Translations under genes and position numbers: made by a program
In this document: positions 1-9,660 of the stretch, in pieces
How positions within the stretch are numbered: the stretch's first letter is position 1
Layout: each line of letters opens with the position of its first letter
From: an uncultured Treponemataceae bacterium
GTDB lineage: Bacteria; Spirochaetota; Spirochaetia; Treponematales; Rectinemataceae
NCBI GenBank assembly: GCA_964428265.1
Contig: CAYRXK010000002.1
Coordinates: 1 to 54,679, forward strand
Length of the DNA: 54,679 nucleotides
Direction: 5' to 3'
The notes under the pieces: model-generated
Databases searched by the model: none
Told to the model about the DNA's origin: nothing
What the model saw: the letters and a program-made list of their open reading frames with translations, nothing else

Positions 1-2
1 CG

Positions 3-75
3 AGCCATCTCCCGGAATCGAACCGGGGACCCCGAGATTACAAGTCACGTGCTCTTCCAACTGAGCTAAGATGGC
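3..75 (-). tRNA. tRNA-Thr (anticodon UGU)
   Basis: The reverse complement folds as a 73-nt cloverleaf: acceptor GCCATCT/AGATGGC, D arm GCTC..GAGC, anticodon loop CTTGTAA, T arm CCCGG-TTCGATT-CCGGG. CCA is not encoded. Confidence 0.9.
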
Positions 76-92
76 GTCTCGACAGGGCGCAC

Positions 93-120
93 TATATATG
101 GAGCGGGGCCTATGCGTCAA
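93..120 (-). promoter_or_regulatory. Candidate sigma70-type promoter for tRNA-Thr
   Basis: Minus strand: TTGACG (120-115), 16 nt, TATATA (98-93), about 18 nt upstream of the mature tRNA 5' end. The -35 lies within the last codons of surE. Confidence 0.4.
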
Positions 121-907
121 GCGGTCCTGCGTCATTCGGCGCGGGGAATGCGGGCAGGCCGTTGAGCCCCGGGTCGTGCGCATACACCGGATGCACGGCG
201 ATCAGGCTTACCGCGGCGTAGCCCTGCGTGGTCAGAAGGTGGTCCGAAGCGGGCGAAGCCTCCCGCTCGTGCCGCCCCTCCGCCAGAAAACAGTACGTGT
301 AGCCGTCGGCGCCTTCGAAGCATTTGAGCTTGTCGTGGTAGCGGTTGCGGCCGGGTATGGCCCAGCGCCCCTGGAGGCGCAGATCAGGACCGCCCGCGGG
401 GCCGTTCACGTTGACGAAGGTGTCGGGCCGCCAGGCGTCGTACAGGTCCTGGAGGTGGCGGGCCACGAAATCGGCCACCGCGTCGTATTCGATGGGAGGG
501 GCGTAGCGGGTGCAGGACACCGCGATGCCGGGGACGCCCGCCAACGCGGCCTGTCGGGCTGCGCCGCAGGTGCCGGAGTACACGATGTCGGTGCCGAGGT
601 TGGGACCTCGGTTGATGCCCGATACCACGAGATCGGGCTTGAATTCGAGTACGCCGAGTTCGGCCAGGATGACGCAGTCCGCGGGGGTGCCCGAGCAGGT
701 ATAGCGCCGGTCAGCCAGCTTGCGGATTTTTGAGGGGTGCTTCAGGGTCATCGCGTGCGATACTCCCGAACGTTCGGTGTCCGGAGCCAGCACCCATACT
801 TCGTGCAGGGCCGAACCGTCGGCAGCCCTGCAAGCCTCGAGGCGGCGGACCAGCGCGTCCAGACCCTCGGCGTCGAATCCATCATCGTTCGTTGCGAGTA
901 TTTTCAT
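110..907 (-). CDS. surE: 5'/3'-nucleotidase SurE
   Basis: 265 aa starting MKILATNDDGFDAEG (SurE NDDG motif), with SurE-like sequence throughout. Start taken at the internal ATG 907 of ORF 110..1459; it overlaps the upstream stop as ATGA. Confidence 0.9.
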   Translation of the reverse strand: MKILATNDDGFDAEGLDALVRRLEACRAADGSALHEVWVLAPDTERSGVSHAMTLKHPSKIRKLADRRYTCSGTPADCVILAELGVLEFKPDLVVSGINRGPNLGTDIVYSGTCGAARQAALAGVPGIAVSCTRYAPPIEYDAVADFVARHLQDLYDAWRPDTFVNVNGPAGGPDLRLQGRWAIPGRNRYHDKLKCFEGADGYTYCFLAEGRHEREASPASDHLLTTQGYAAVSLIAVHPVYAHDPGLNGLPAFPAPNDAGPLDA

Positions 908-2055
908 GGGTTTTTTAAGCCAAGCGCGGCGATGCCGCCTGATATTTCGGTTTCGTAGACGTGCGGCTTGAATCCGAAGATGCGTTCGTAGTCTTCGAGG
1001 CGCTTGCGGTACTCTGCCAGGGCTTCGTGCTTCATGAAACTGGCGGTGCAGCCGCCAAAGCCCTTGCCGGTCATGCGGGAACAGAGCATGCCGTCTATTT
1101 CCATGGCGCGCTTGACCAGCCAATCGACCTCGGGACAGGAGACTTCGTACAGGCCGCGGAGCGAAGCATGCGATTTGTTCATGATGCGGCCGAAGGCGGC
1201 TGCATCCTTCCTGTGCAGGGCTTCTTCCGCTTCCGACACCCGGGCTATTTCTTCGATGACATGGAGGCAGCGCCGCCGCATGCTCTCCGGAAGGATTCCC
1301 ATGAGATCGTCCAGTTCCTGCAACTTGACATCGCGGAGACTTCGGCCGGCCGGGCCCGGTATCTGCGCCAGGCATCTGCGGCATTGCTCCGCGCGGTCGC
1401 GGAGTTCGGCATCGGCCGATGCGCGCGGTACCCGTGAATCGGTCAGGACCAATACCCACTCGGCGCCGGGAGGCGGCACTTCGCGCATCTTGCCCGAGCG
1501 AAGATCCACCAGCGCGAGACTGCCGGACTTGGGCACCGTGGCGGCCAGGTAGTTGTACAGCGGCACGCTTCGCTCGAAAAACGCGGATTCGGCGCGACAG
1601 GCGAGCGCGGCCAGATCAGCGTCCGGCATCGGGCTGCCCAGGAGCCGTGAAAACGCGAGCGCCGAGGCCAGGCCGAGCGCCGCCGAGGCGCCAAGATTCA
1701 GGGTGAGGGGAATGTCGCCGGAAATGGTGACATTGACGCCGCGCCCCGCGAAAGCGGGCGCGAAGGCTTCGTACATGGCTTTGACGTGGTTGGCCCAGCG
1801 GTCTTCGCGTTTGTATTTGAGGGTGCCGGCCGTGGCGCGCTTGCGTTCGCCGAAGTCGGCTGCCAGAAAGCGGAGGGACGCATCTTTTCTGAACGAGACG
1901 GCGACACGCATGCGGCAGGAGAGGGCGGCGGCAAGGACAAGACCTTCGGCGGCATCCGTGTGCTCGCCCAGGAGCTTCACGATGGCGGGCGCCTCGGCGA
2001 CGGATTCGGGACGGGAGTCGTATTCAGTCAGATGAAGCTCTGCGATGTCCTTCAT
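904..2055 (-). CDS. Galactokinase-family GHMP kinase
   Basis: 383 aa. LLGEHTDAAEG resembles the galactokinase GEHTDY signature. GDIPLTLNLGASAALGLASA is a degenerate GHMP phosphate-binding motif. AAGGAAG SD lies upstream of ATG 2055. Confidence 0.75.
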   Translation of the reverse strand: MKDIAELHLTEYDSRPESVAEAPAIVKLLGEHTDAAEGLVLAAALSCRMRVAVSFRKDASLRFLAADFGERKRATAGTLKYKREDRWANHVKAMYEAFAPAFAGRGVNVTISGDIPLTLNLGASAALGLASALAFSRLLGSPMPDADLAALACRAESAFFERSVPLYNYLAATVPKSGSLALVDLRSGKMREVPPPGAEWVLVLTDSRVPRASADAELRDRAEQCRRCLAQIPGPAGRSLRDVKLQELDDLMGILPESMRRRCLHVIEEIARVSEAEEALHRKDAAAFGRIMNKSHASLRGLYEVSCPEVDWLVKRAMEIDGMLCSRMTGKGFGGCTASFMKHEALAEYRKRLEDYERIFGFKPHVYETEISGGIAALGLKNP

Positions 2056-2116
2056 GACTTCCTTGCATTGTACGATGCGCTCGTGACATAGTAGCGCATT
2101 TCGTTCGGGGCTTCAA

Positions 2117-2437
2117 TCAGAAAATTCCGCCTGCCTTCATCATCCTGGTTATTTTCCGGAGCTCGGCCCTGGCATGATCCAGTTCCTCTTCGTATTTCCT
2201 GCGTTCGCCGAGTTTCGCGTCGACCGTGCGCGCCTGCCAGGACCCAGCCTTGCCCACGTACCGGGTTACCACCCTGCCCTCCTCGCGGCGCACGACGTAG
2301 GCATATTCGCCGTTGCCGCGCCGTTTCATGACCAGCGCGCCGCGGGGACGGGCTTCGCACTCCTCTTCCAGCCTGGCGACAATGCGTTCGAGCTTGGACC
2401 GTTCGCTTTTCAGGTAGGATTCGATGCCTTGTATCAT
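2117..2437 (-). CDS. Hypothetical small protein (coiled-coil ends, basic beta-rich core)
   Basis: 106-aa ORF with AAGGGAG SD 5 nt upstream of ATG 2437 and GC3-rich codons. No family recognised. Confidence 0.55.
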   Translation of the reverse strand: MIQGIESYLKSERSKLERIVARLEEECEARPRGALVMKRRGNGEYAYVVRREEGRVVTRYVGKAGSWQARTVDAKLGERRKYEEELDHARAELRKITRMMKAGGIF

Positions 2438-2526
2438 GATGGCTCCCTTGCCCTACATTTATCGGCGTTTTCGGATTGGTAGACAAGGGAAAACGCAGGC
2501 GGCCCGGGAAAAATGCGGAACAGGGT

Positions 2527-2565
2527 ATTGCATATATTTGCAGTTTTTCAGTATATATATGCAAG
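2527..2565 (+). promoter_or_regulatory. Candidate carAB promoter overlapped by a perfect 10-bp inverted repeat (putative operator)
   Basis: TTGCATATAT (2528-2537) and ATATATGCAA (2555-2564) are exact reverse complements separated by 17 nt. TTGCAT (2528-2533), 18 nt, TATATA (2552-2557) reads as -35/-10. This is the most AT-rich intergenic stretch in the window, 25 nt upstream of the carA ATG. Confidence 0.35.
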
Positions 2566-2589
2566 TCCACTTCCAAGGAGCGAAGCGCC

Positions 2590-3702
2590 ATGCCACAGGC
2601 GACGCGATGCGCACTGATTCTCGAGGATGGCACGAAGTTTTCCGGCACGTCGTTCGGTTCCCCCGGACAGGCGCTCGGGGAGGTCGTGTTCACGACGGGT
2701 ATGGCCGGGTACCCCCAATTCCTGACCGATCCCTCGTTCCGCGGCCAGATCGTGGCATCGACCTATCCGCTCGCCGGCAACTACGGCGTACCGGCGATGG
2801 AACGCGACCGCTTCGGCATTCCGTTGCAGTTCGAATCCGACCGCATCCAGGCGCGCGGCCTTGTCGTGGCCGAGCACTGCGAGGCGCCGAGCCACCACGG
2901 CTCCCGCCGCTCGCTGGGCGCCTGGCTGGCCGCGGAGGGTGTTTCCGGGATCGCGGGCATCGACACCCGGGCGCTAACCAAGCACCTGCGCGAACGCGGC
3001 GTGATGCGGGGCGCCATAGTACCCGAAGGATGCGCGGCGCCGGCCTCGTGGGAGGCGCTTCGCGACCCGGTCACCGAAGTCAGTTGCCCCTCCCCCGTCG
3101 AATATCCGGCCGCCGAAGGCGCGCCCCATGTGCTGCTGGTGGACTGCGGCGTAAAGGCGAACATCGTGCGGATCCTTCTGGCCAAGGGGGCGCGCGTAAC
3201 CCGGGTTCCGTGGAATCACGACTTTTCGGGCATGGCCTGTGACGGAATCTTTCTTTCGAACGGCCCCGGCGATCCGAAGGAGTGCGGCCGTACCATCGCG
3301 TCGCTGCGCCGCAGAATGCGCGGCGACACGCCCATCTTCGGCATCTGCCTGGGAAACCAGCTCCTTGCGCTGGCCGCGGGGGCGGACACCTACAAGCTGC
3401 CCTACGGCCACCGCAGCCAGAACCAGCCCTGTGTCGAAGCGGGCACGCAGCGCTGCTACATCACCAGCCAGAATCACGGGTACGCCGTGCGCGAAGGCAG
3501 CCTGCCCTCGGGCTGGGAGCCGTGGTTCCTGAACGCGAACGACGGAACGGTCGAGGGGATCCGCTCGGCCGACGGGAGGTTCCGGGCGGTGCAGTTCCAT
3601 CCGGAGGGCTGCCCCGGTCCGACGGACACCGAATTCCTGATAGACGATTTCCTTGCATCGATCACGCCCTCTGCGGGCAGCGCGAAGGCAGGCCGGAAAT
3701 GA
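2590..3702 (+). CDS. carA: Carbamoyl-phosphate synthase small (glutaminase) subunit
   Basis: 370 aa. AAGGAG at 2574-2579 precedes ATG 2590. Has the CPSase small-chain N-domain and class-I amidotransferase motifs (GICLGNQLL, QNHGY, FHPE). Confidence 0.9.
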   Translation: MPQATRCALILEDGTKFSGTSFGSPGQALGEVVFTTGMAGYPQFLTDPSFRGQIVASTYPLAGNYGVPAMERDRFGIPLQFESDRIQARGLVVAEHCEAPSHHGSRRSLGAWLAAEGVSGIAGIDTRALTKHLRERGVMRGAIVPEGCAAPASWEALRDPVTEVSCPSPVEYPAAEGAPHVLLVDCGVKANIVRILLAKGARVTRVPWNHDFSGMACDGIFLSNGPGDPKECGRTIASLRRRMRGDTPIFGICLGNQLLALAAGADTYKLPYGHRSQNQPCVEAGTQRCYITSQNHGYAVREGSLPSGWEPWFLNANDGTVEGIRSADGRFRAVQFHPEGCPGPTDTEFLIDDFLASITPSAGSAKAGRK

Positions 3703-6700
3703 ACGCGCCGAAGAGCGTGCTGCTGCTCGGATCGGGCGGGCTCAAGATCGGACAGGCGGGCGAATTCGATTACTCGGGATCCCAGGCGCTCAAGGCGCTC
3801 CGGGAAGAAGGCATCCGGACCATCCTGATCAATCCGAACATCGCGACCATACAGACCAGCAAGGGCATGGCGGACGCCACCTACCTCCTGCCGGTGACGC
3901 CGGAATTCGTCGAGCGCGTCATCGAAAAGGAAAAGCCCGACGGCATCCTGCTGTCCTTCGGCGGCCAGACCGCGCTCAACTGCGGCATCGCGCTGCACCG
4001 CTCGGGCGTGCTGGACAGGCACGGCGTGCGCGTGCTCGGCACGCCCGTGGACGCAATCGAAGTGACCGAGGACCGCGAACTGTTCGCCAATCTCCTGGCC
4101 CGCATCGGCGCCGGCACGCCACGCAGCAGGGCGGCGCTGACGACGGAAGAGGCGGCGGCCGCCGCCGTAGCGGTTGGATACCCGGTCATGGTGCGGGCGG
4201 CCTACGCCCTCGGCGGCGCCGGGTCGGGCCTCTGCCGCGACGAGGCCGAACTCAGATCCCGCTGCGCCAAGGCATTCACCATCGCCCCCCAGGTGCTGGT
4301 GGAGGAATGGCTGGGCGGCTGGAAGGAGATCGAGTACGAGGTGGTGCGCGACGCCTTCGGCAACTGCGTCACCGTCTGCAATATGGAAAACTTCGACCCG
4401 CTGGGCATCCATACCGGCGAAAGCATCGTCGTGGCGCCCTCGCAGACCCTGGATGACGCCGAGTACCAGATGCTGCGCCGCATCGCCATCCAGGTGGTGT
4501 CCGAAGTGGGCGTGGTGGGCGAATGCAACATCCAGTACGCCCTCGACCCGAATTCGAAAGACTACCGGATCATCGAGGTGAACGCGCGGCTGTCGCGAAG
4601 TTCGGCGCTCGCGTCCAAGGCGACCGGTTATCCCCTGGCCTATGTCGCGGCCAAGCTCGCGCTGGGCAAACCCCTGCACGCGATAGAAAACCGCATGACC
4701 CGCAGCACCGTGGCCTGTTTCGAGCCCGCGCTGGATTACTGCGTGGTCAAGATTCCGCGCTGGGACATGTCCAAGTTCAAGAACGTGGACGCGCGCATAG
4801 GTTCTGAAATGAAGTCGGTGGGCGAAGTGATGTCCATCGGGCGCAGCTTCGAGGAAGCCCTGCAGAAGGCCATCCGCATGACCGGCACCGGCGCGCCCGG
4901 GCTCGCGGCCGACGACGCGTTCGTGGGTTCCGGCGCGAAATCGCTGGCGGAAGCCCTGAAAACCCCGACCGACCGGCGCATTTTCGCGATTTACAAGGCC
5001 TTTTCCGAAGGCTGGACCTTGGATCGCGTGCACGAACTTACCCGGATCGACCGCTGGTTCCTGTCCAAGATCCAGCGGATCCTGGACTGCGAGCGCAGGA
5101 TAGTCGGGGCCTTCGGTACGGGGCTGCTCCCGGCGGCGGCAGGCGGCGGCGCGGACCTGCTGCGCGAAGCCAAGCTGCTGGGCTTTTCCGACGCCCGTCT
5201 GGGCGTCCTGGCCGGCCGGACGGAATCGGAAGTCCGCGCCGCGCGCGAAGCCCTCGACATACAACCGCGCGTCAAGCAGATCGACACCCTGGCGGCCGAG
5301 TACCCCGCCGCGACCAACTACCTGTACATGACCTACCAGGGCGACACGGACGACCTGCCCGCTTCCGGCACCGGCGTGATGGTGCTCGGGTCTGGCTCGT
5401 ACCGGATCGGATCATCGGTTGAGTTCGACTGGTGCTGCGTGAACGCGGTGCAGGCCGCCAAGGCCGCGGGCGAACGCAGCATCATGGTGAACTGCAACCC
5501 AGAAACCGTCAGCACCGACTACGATGTCTGCGACCGCCTGTACTTCGAGGAACTGAGCCTTGAGCGCGTGCTGGACATCTACGAGCGCGAGCGGCCCAAG
5601 GGGCTCCTGCTGTCCATGGGCGGCCAGATCCCGAACAACCTCGCCCTGCCCCTTTACCAGGCGGGCGCCCTGATCTTCGGCACGCCCCCGGCCTGCATCG
5701 ACATGGCCGAGGACCGCCACAAATTTTCGGCCCTGCTGGACAAGCTCGGCATCGAGCAGCCGGCATGGAAGGAGCTGACCGACCTGTCGTCGGCGCTGGA
5801 CTTCGCGCGCGACGCGGGGTATCCGGTCCTGGTGCGCCCGAGCTATGTGCTGTCCGGCGCCGCGATGAACGTGGCCTGGGACGACGCCAGCCTGGAGCGC
5901 TTCCTGAAAATGGCCTCCGACGTGTCGTCCGACCACCCGGTGGTGATCACCAAGTTCATGGAGGACACCAAGGAGATCGAGATCGACGCGGTGGCGCGCC
6001 GCGGGGAGATCCTGTACCACGCCATCACCGAGCACGTGGAAAACGCGGGCGTGCATTCCGGCGACGCCACCGTGGTGTTGCCGGCGCAGCGCCTGTACAT
6101 CGAAACGATCCGCAAGGTGCGCAAGACCGCCTCGCGCATCGCCAAGGCCCTGGAGATCACCGGGCCCTTCAACATCCAGTTCCTGGCGCGCAACAACCGC
6201 GTCAGCGTGATCGAATGCAACGTGCGCGCCTCGCGCAGCTTCCCCTTCTGCTCCAAGGTAGGAGGGGTGAACATGATCGAGCTGGCGACCAGGGCCATGT
6301 TGGGGGTCGAGGTGCGCAAGAGCGGGGCCTCGGCGCTGGACCTGGACTGGGTGGGGGTAAAGGCGGCGCAGTTCAGCTTTTCACGGCTGCACGGCGCCGA
6401 TCCGGTGCCGGGGGTCGAGATGGCGTCCACCGGCGAGGTGGGCTGCATCGGCACCGACCTGGACGACGCCTTCCTGAAGGCATTCCTGTCGGTCGGCTAC
6501 CGGATTCCCGAAAAGGGCGTGCTGCTGTCCACCGGGCCCATGCGCGACAAGGTGGAGTTCCTTGAAGGCGCGCGCAGCCTGCAGGCCATGGGGGTGCCGC
6601 TGTACGCGTCCAAGGGCACGGCGAAATTCCTGGCTGACGCGGGGCTATCCGTGACCGCGCTGCGCTGGCCCTCCGAACGCCGCGAACCGAACATCGCCAC

Positions 6701-6914
6701 GATGCTGCGCGCGCGCGCCTTCGACCTAGTCATCAACATCCCGAAGAACAACCGCGAGGGCGAGCTCAGGAACGACTACGACATCAGGCGCATGGCGATC
6801 GATTTCGGCATTCCGCTGATCACCGACATCAAGGTGGCGCGGCAGTTCGCGTCCGCGATGGAATACCACCGGAAGCGGGGGTTCGAGATACGCGCCTGGG
6901 AGGAGTACCGATAA
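3699..6914 (+). CDS. carB: Carbamoyl-phosphate synthase large subunit
   Basis: 1071 aa starting MNAPKSVLLLGSGGLKIGQAGEFDYSG, with two ATP-grasp halves plus an MGS-like C-terminus. ATG 3699 overlaps the carA stop (ATGA). The track ORF start at 3282 is an upstream read-through extension. Confidence 0.95.
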   Translation: MNAPKSVLLLGSGGLKIGQAGEFDYSGSQALKALREEGIRTILINPNIATIQTSKGMADATYLLPVTPEFVERVIEKEKPDGILLSFGGQTALNCGIALHRSGVLDRHGVRVLGTPVDAIEVTEDRELFANLLARIGAGTPRSRAALTTEEAAAAAVAVGYPVMVRAAYALGGAGSGLCRDEAELRSRCAKAFTIAPQVLVEEWLGGWKEIEYEVVRDAFGNCVTVCNMENFDPLGIHTGESIVVAPSQTLDDAEYQMLRRIAIQVVSEVGVVGECNIQYALDPNSKDYRIIEVNARLSRSSALASKATGYPLAYVAAKLALGKPLHAIENRMTRSTVACFEPALDYCVVKIPRWDMSKFKNVDARIGSEMKSVGEVMSIGRSFEEALQKAIRMTGTGAPGLAADDAFVGSGAKSLAEALKTPTDRRIFAIYKAFSEGWTLDRVHELTRIDRWFLSKIQRILDCERRIVGAFGTGLLPAAAGGGADLLREAKLLGFSDARLGVLAGRTESEVRAAREALDIQPRVKQIDTLAAEYPAATNYLYMTYQGDTDDLPASGTGVMVLGSGSYRIGSSVEFDWCCVNAVQAAKAAGERSIMVNCNPETVSTDYDVCDRLYFEELSLERVLDIYERERPKGLLLSMGGQIPNNLALPLYQAGALIFGTPPACIDMAEDRHKFSALLDKLGIEQPAWKELTDLSSALDFARDAGYPVLVRPSYVLSGAAMNVAWDDASLERFLKMASDVSSDHPVVITKFMEDTKEIEIDAVARRGEILYHAITEHVENAGVHSGDATVVLPAQRLYIETIRKVRKTASRIAKALEITGPFNIQFLARNNRVSVIECNVRASRSFPFCSKVGGVNMIELATRAMLGVEVRKSGASALDLDWVGVKAAQFSFSRLHGADPVPGVEMASTGEVGCIGTDLDDAFLKAFLSVGYRIPEKGVLLSTGPMRDKVEFLEGARSLQAMGVPLYASKGTAKFLADAGLSVTALRWPSERREPNIATMLRARAFDLVINIPKNNREGELRNDYDIRRMAIDFGIPLITDIKVARQFASAMEYHRKRGFEIRAWEEYR

Positions 6915-6960
6915 AAAGGCCCCGCGTGAAGGATGCGCTTGCGCGATCCACGCGGGGCCT
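6911..6960 (-). terminator. Intrinsic terminator between convergent carB and tRNA-Arg
   Basis: 12-bp stem AGGCCCCGCGTG (6917-6928) / CACGCGGGGCCT (6949-6960). On the minus strand it is followed by TTTTTAT. On the plus strand it sits 3 nt after the carB stop but lacks a T tract. Confidence 0.6.
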
Positions 6961-6965
6961 GCCCT

Positions 6966-7039
6966 TGAGCGATGCGCGATTCGAACGCGCGACCTACAGC
7001 TCCGGAGGCTGTCGCTCTATCCAGCTGAGCTAATCGCTC
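6966..7039 (-). tRNA. tRNA-Arg (anticodon CCG)
   Basis: 74-nt cloverleaf on the reverse complement: acceptor GAGCGAT/ATCGCTC, anticodon loop CTCCGGA, T arm GCGCG-TTCGAAT-CGCGC. CCA is not encoded. Confidence 0.9.
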
Positions 7040-7056
7040 GCACCGAGGCGTTGGCG

Positions 7057-7086
7057 ATACTAGTACGCCGCGCCGGCCGGAGTCAA
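7057..7086 (-). promoter_or_regulatory. Candidate sigma70-type promoter for tRNA-Arg
   Basis: Minus strand: TTGACT (7086-7081), 18 nt, TAGTAT (7062-7057), about 18 nt upstream of the tRNA 5' end. Confidence 0.35.
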
Positions 7087-7161
7087 GCAAGCGCGCTGTC
7101 CGCCGCCCGTTGCAGGCAAGCCCGTTGACCCGGCGGGGCGTGGCGGTGTCTGATCTGCCCC

Positions 7162-7788
7162 ATGGACTGCATCGTGCTCGCCTCGTCGTCTCCCCGAAGG
7201 AAGGACATTCTCGGATCGTTGGGCATCCCGTTCGTCTCCATCCATCCGGAGCTGGACGAATCGGTGTACGACCACGAGGAGCCGGGCCGGCGGACGGTGC
7301 GGCTTGCGGTCGCGAAGGCGATGGAGGGATCCGCCAAGGCGAATGCGCTGGACATCGCCGACCTGCCCGGTTGCTCGCTGGTGCTCGGTGCGGACACCCT
7401 TGTCGCCCTTCGGATCGAGGGTCGGGCCGGCGTCGAGGACTGGGAGGTGCTCGGCAAGCCCGAAGACCGCGAGGACGCCGGGCGCATGACGCGCCGCCTG
7501 GCCGGCAGGACGCACCGGGTGTTCACCGGCATCGCCCTGGTCGACCGTATCTCGGGGCAGACCTGGACCGCCCTGTCCGATTCCGCCGTCACCTTTTCGG
7601 ATGTTGACGAAGACGAACTTCAGCGTTACCTCGATTCGGGCGAATGGGAGGGCGCGGCCGGCGCGTACAAGCTGCAGGGCCTGGCAGCCTGCCACATCGC
7701 GCGGATAGACGGGTCCTGGTCAGGGGTCATGGGCTTGCCAATCAGGGAGCTTTATGACATGCTGACGGCGGCGAAATATCGCTGGTAG
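7162..7788 (+). CDS. maf: Maf-family nucleoside triphosphate pyrophosphatase
   Basis: 208 aa. N-terminal [13 protein letters not shown] motif and Maf-like sequence throughout (GAYKLQG near the C-terminus). Confidence 0.85.
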   Translation: MDCIVLASSSPRRKDILGSLGIPFVSIHPELDESVYDHEEPGRRTVRLAVAKAMEGSAKANALDIADLPGCSLVLGADTLVALRIEGRAGVEDWEVLGKPEDREDAGRMTRRLAGRTHRVFTGIALVDRISGQTWTALSDSAVTFSDVDEDELQRYLDSGEWEGAAGAYKLQGLAACHIARIDGSWSGVMGLPIRELYDMLTAAKYRW

Positions 7789-7919
7789 GCCCCTGTGGCC
7801 ACCGGGCACCTTCGGGTTCCCACATCTTCCGGCACCCCGGTCCGCTCGCGGATTCGTACGGGCGCCGAGAAATAGCGAGGGCAGGCCGGCATGCAATGTG
7901 CCCGGCCGCGGGAGGAAAC

Positions 7920-8795
7920 GTGGCGGTAGTCACCATGAAGAACCTGCTTGAATCCGGCGTCCACTTCGGACACCAGGTCAAGCGCTGGGATCCCCGGATG
8001 AAGAAATACATCTTCGCCGAACGGAACGGGATCCACATCATCGATCTGCAGAAGACCATCCAGTCGATCAAGGAAGCCTACGACTCGGTCCAGAAGATCG
8101 TCGGATCGGGCAAGAGCGTCCTGTTCGTCGGCACCAAGAAGCAGGCGCAGACCGCCATCCAGAAGGAAGCGGAGCGCTGCGAGCAGTTTTACGTGAACAA
8201 TCGCTGGCTCGGCGGCATGCTCACCAACTTTTCCACCATCAAGAAATCCATCCAGCGCCTCAAGAAGATCGAAAAGATGGAAGTGGACGGCACCTTCGAA
8301 AGCCTGACCAAGAAGGAAATCGCCAGCCTGCAGAAGGAAAAGTCCAAGCTGGAAAAGAACCTCGGCGGCATCAAGGAAATGAAGGAACTGCCGGGAGCCC
8401 TCTTTGTCATCGACACCCGCAAGGAAGCCATCGCCGTCGCCGAAGCCCAGCGCCTGGGCATCCCCATCGTCGCGGTGGTGGATACCAACTGCAACCCCGA
8501 AGGCATTACCTTCCCGATTCCCGGCAACGATGACGCCATCCGCTCCATTTCGCTCTTCACGCAGATCATCGCCAACGCGGTGGTCGAAGCCGGCGCCGCC
8601 GAAGGCCTCAAGATCATCGAGAGCCTGCCCGCGGAAGAGACCGAGGAAGTGAAGACCGACGCCAAGCAGGAAGAAGAGGACGAGGTCGAGATCGACCCCA
8701 GCACCTACACCGCCGCCCCCGTCGCCGAGGAAACCGCGCCCGCCGTCGAAGCCGCGCCGATCGTCGACGAGGACAAGCTGTACGAGACCAAATAA
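7920..8795 (+). CDS. rpsB: 30S ribosomal protein S2
   Basis: [32 protein letters not shown] is the canonical S2 N-terminus. GTG 7920 is preceded by GGAGG (7911-7915). Acidic C-terminal tail. The track ORF start at 7896 has no SD. Confidence 0.9.
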   Translation: MAVVTMKNLLESGVHFGHQVKRWDPRMKKYIFAERNGIHIIDLQKTIQSIKEAYDSVQKIVGSGKSVLFVGTKKQAQTAIQKEAERCEQFYVNNRWLGGMLTNFSTIKKSIQRLKKIEKMEVDGTFESLTKKEIASLQKEKSKLEKNLGGIKEMKELPGALFVIDTRKEAIAVAEAQRLGIPIVAVVDTNCNPEGITFPIPGNDDAIRSISLFTQIIANAVVEAGAAEGLKIIESLPAEETEEVKTDAKQEEEDEVEIDPSTYTAAPVAEETAPAVEAAPIVDEDKLYETK

Positions 8796-8808
8796 GGACC
8801 GGAACATC

Positions 8809-9660
8809 ATGGAAATCAAGGCAACCGACATAAAGGCCCTGCGCGAGAAGACCGGCGCGGGCATGATGGACTGCAAGAAAGCCCTCACCGAGGCGAACGG
8901 CGATTTCGCCGGCGCCGAAAAGCTCCTGCGCGAGTGGGGCCTGGCCGGCGTCGAAAAGCGCTCGGGCCGCGCCACCAACGAAGGCCGCGTGTTCATCGCC
9001 GAGGGCTCCGGCGCCATAGCGCTGGTGGAAATCGCCTGCGAGACCGACTTCGTGGCGCGCAACACCGACTTCATCGCCTTCGGCGGCAAGCTCGCCGCGC
9101 TGGTGCTGGATAAGGGCGAGGCTCCCGCGGCCGAACTCGAGGTCATGGTCAAGGACATCGCCTCGGTCATCAAGGAAAACATCGCCCTGAAGCGCGCCTT
9201 CTACGTGAAGGCGGCCGCGGGCGAGTACCTGCACTCCTACCTTCATGGCGAGGGCAAGGTGGGCGTCATCGTGAAGGCGAAGTCCGACAAGCCCGAAGCC
9301 TTCGGCAACGACGCGGTCAAGGCCTTCGTGCACGATGTGGCCCTGCACATCGCGGCCTTCAACCCGATGTTCCTTGACCAGAGCAAGCCCGATGCCGCCT
9401 GGGTCGCCCTGCAGGAAGAGATCTTCGCCAAGCAGGTGGAACTCGACGAAAAGATGAAGTCCAAGCCGGCCAACGTGGTGCAGGGCATCCTGAAGGGCAA
9501 GCTGCGCAAGCTCATGTCCGAGGTGTGCCTGCTGGACCAGGGCTTCGTGAAGGACGAGAAAATGTCCGTGGCCGCGGCGATGGCGGCGGTCGGCAAGGAA
9601 GCCGGCTGCACCCTGGGCCTGGCCGATTACTGGTACGTGCGCGTCGGCGAAGCGCAGTAA
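8809..9660 (+). CDS. tsf: Translation elongation factor Ts
   Basis: 283 aa; N-terminal UBA-like motif IKALREKTGAGMMDCKKALTEANGD. Confidence 0.95.
   Translation: MEIKATDIKALREKTGAGMMDCKKALTEANGDFAGAEKLLREWGLAGVEKRSGRATNEGRVFIAEGSGAIALVEIACETDFVARNTDFIAFGGKLAALVLDKGEAPAAELEVMVKDIASVIKENIALKRAFYVKAAAGEYLHSYLHGEGKVGVIVKAKSDKPEAFGNDAVKAFVHDVALHIAAFNPMFLDQSKPDAAWVALQEEIFAKQVELDEKMKSKPANVVQGILKGKLRKLMSEVCLLDQGFVKDEKMSVAAAMAAVGKEAGCTLGLADYWYVRVGEAQ

Noticed and set aside
1-120. Integrative or mobile element next to the tRNA genes (tRNA-Thr, tRNA-Arg, tRNA-Gln)
   Set aside because: There is no integrase, no tRNA 3'-end direct repeat and no compositional break. The flanking genes are core housekeeping.
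3282-3698. Upstream extensions of track ORFs (carB from 3282, rseP from 12036, trmB from 20089, NFACT from 32658, ABC ATPase from 36072)
   Set aside because: Each extension lies inside the preceding gene in another frame. The family-typical N-terminus begins at an internal ATG that overlaps or abuts the upstream stop.
3474-5264. 596-aa ORF antisense to carB
   Set aside because: It lies entirely inside a gene with unmistakable CarB sequence. Its product is Arg/Gly/Ala-rich low complexity with no motif. This is the typical high-GC stop-codon-depletion artefact.
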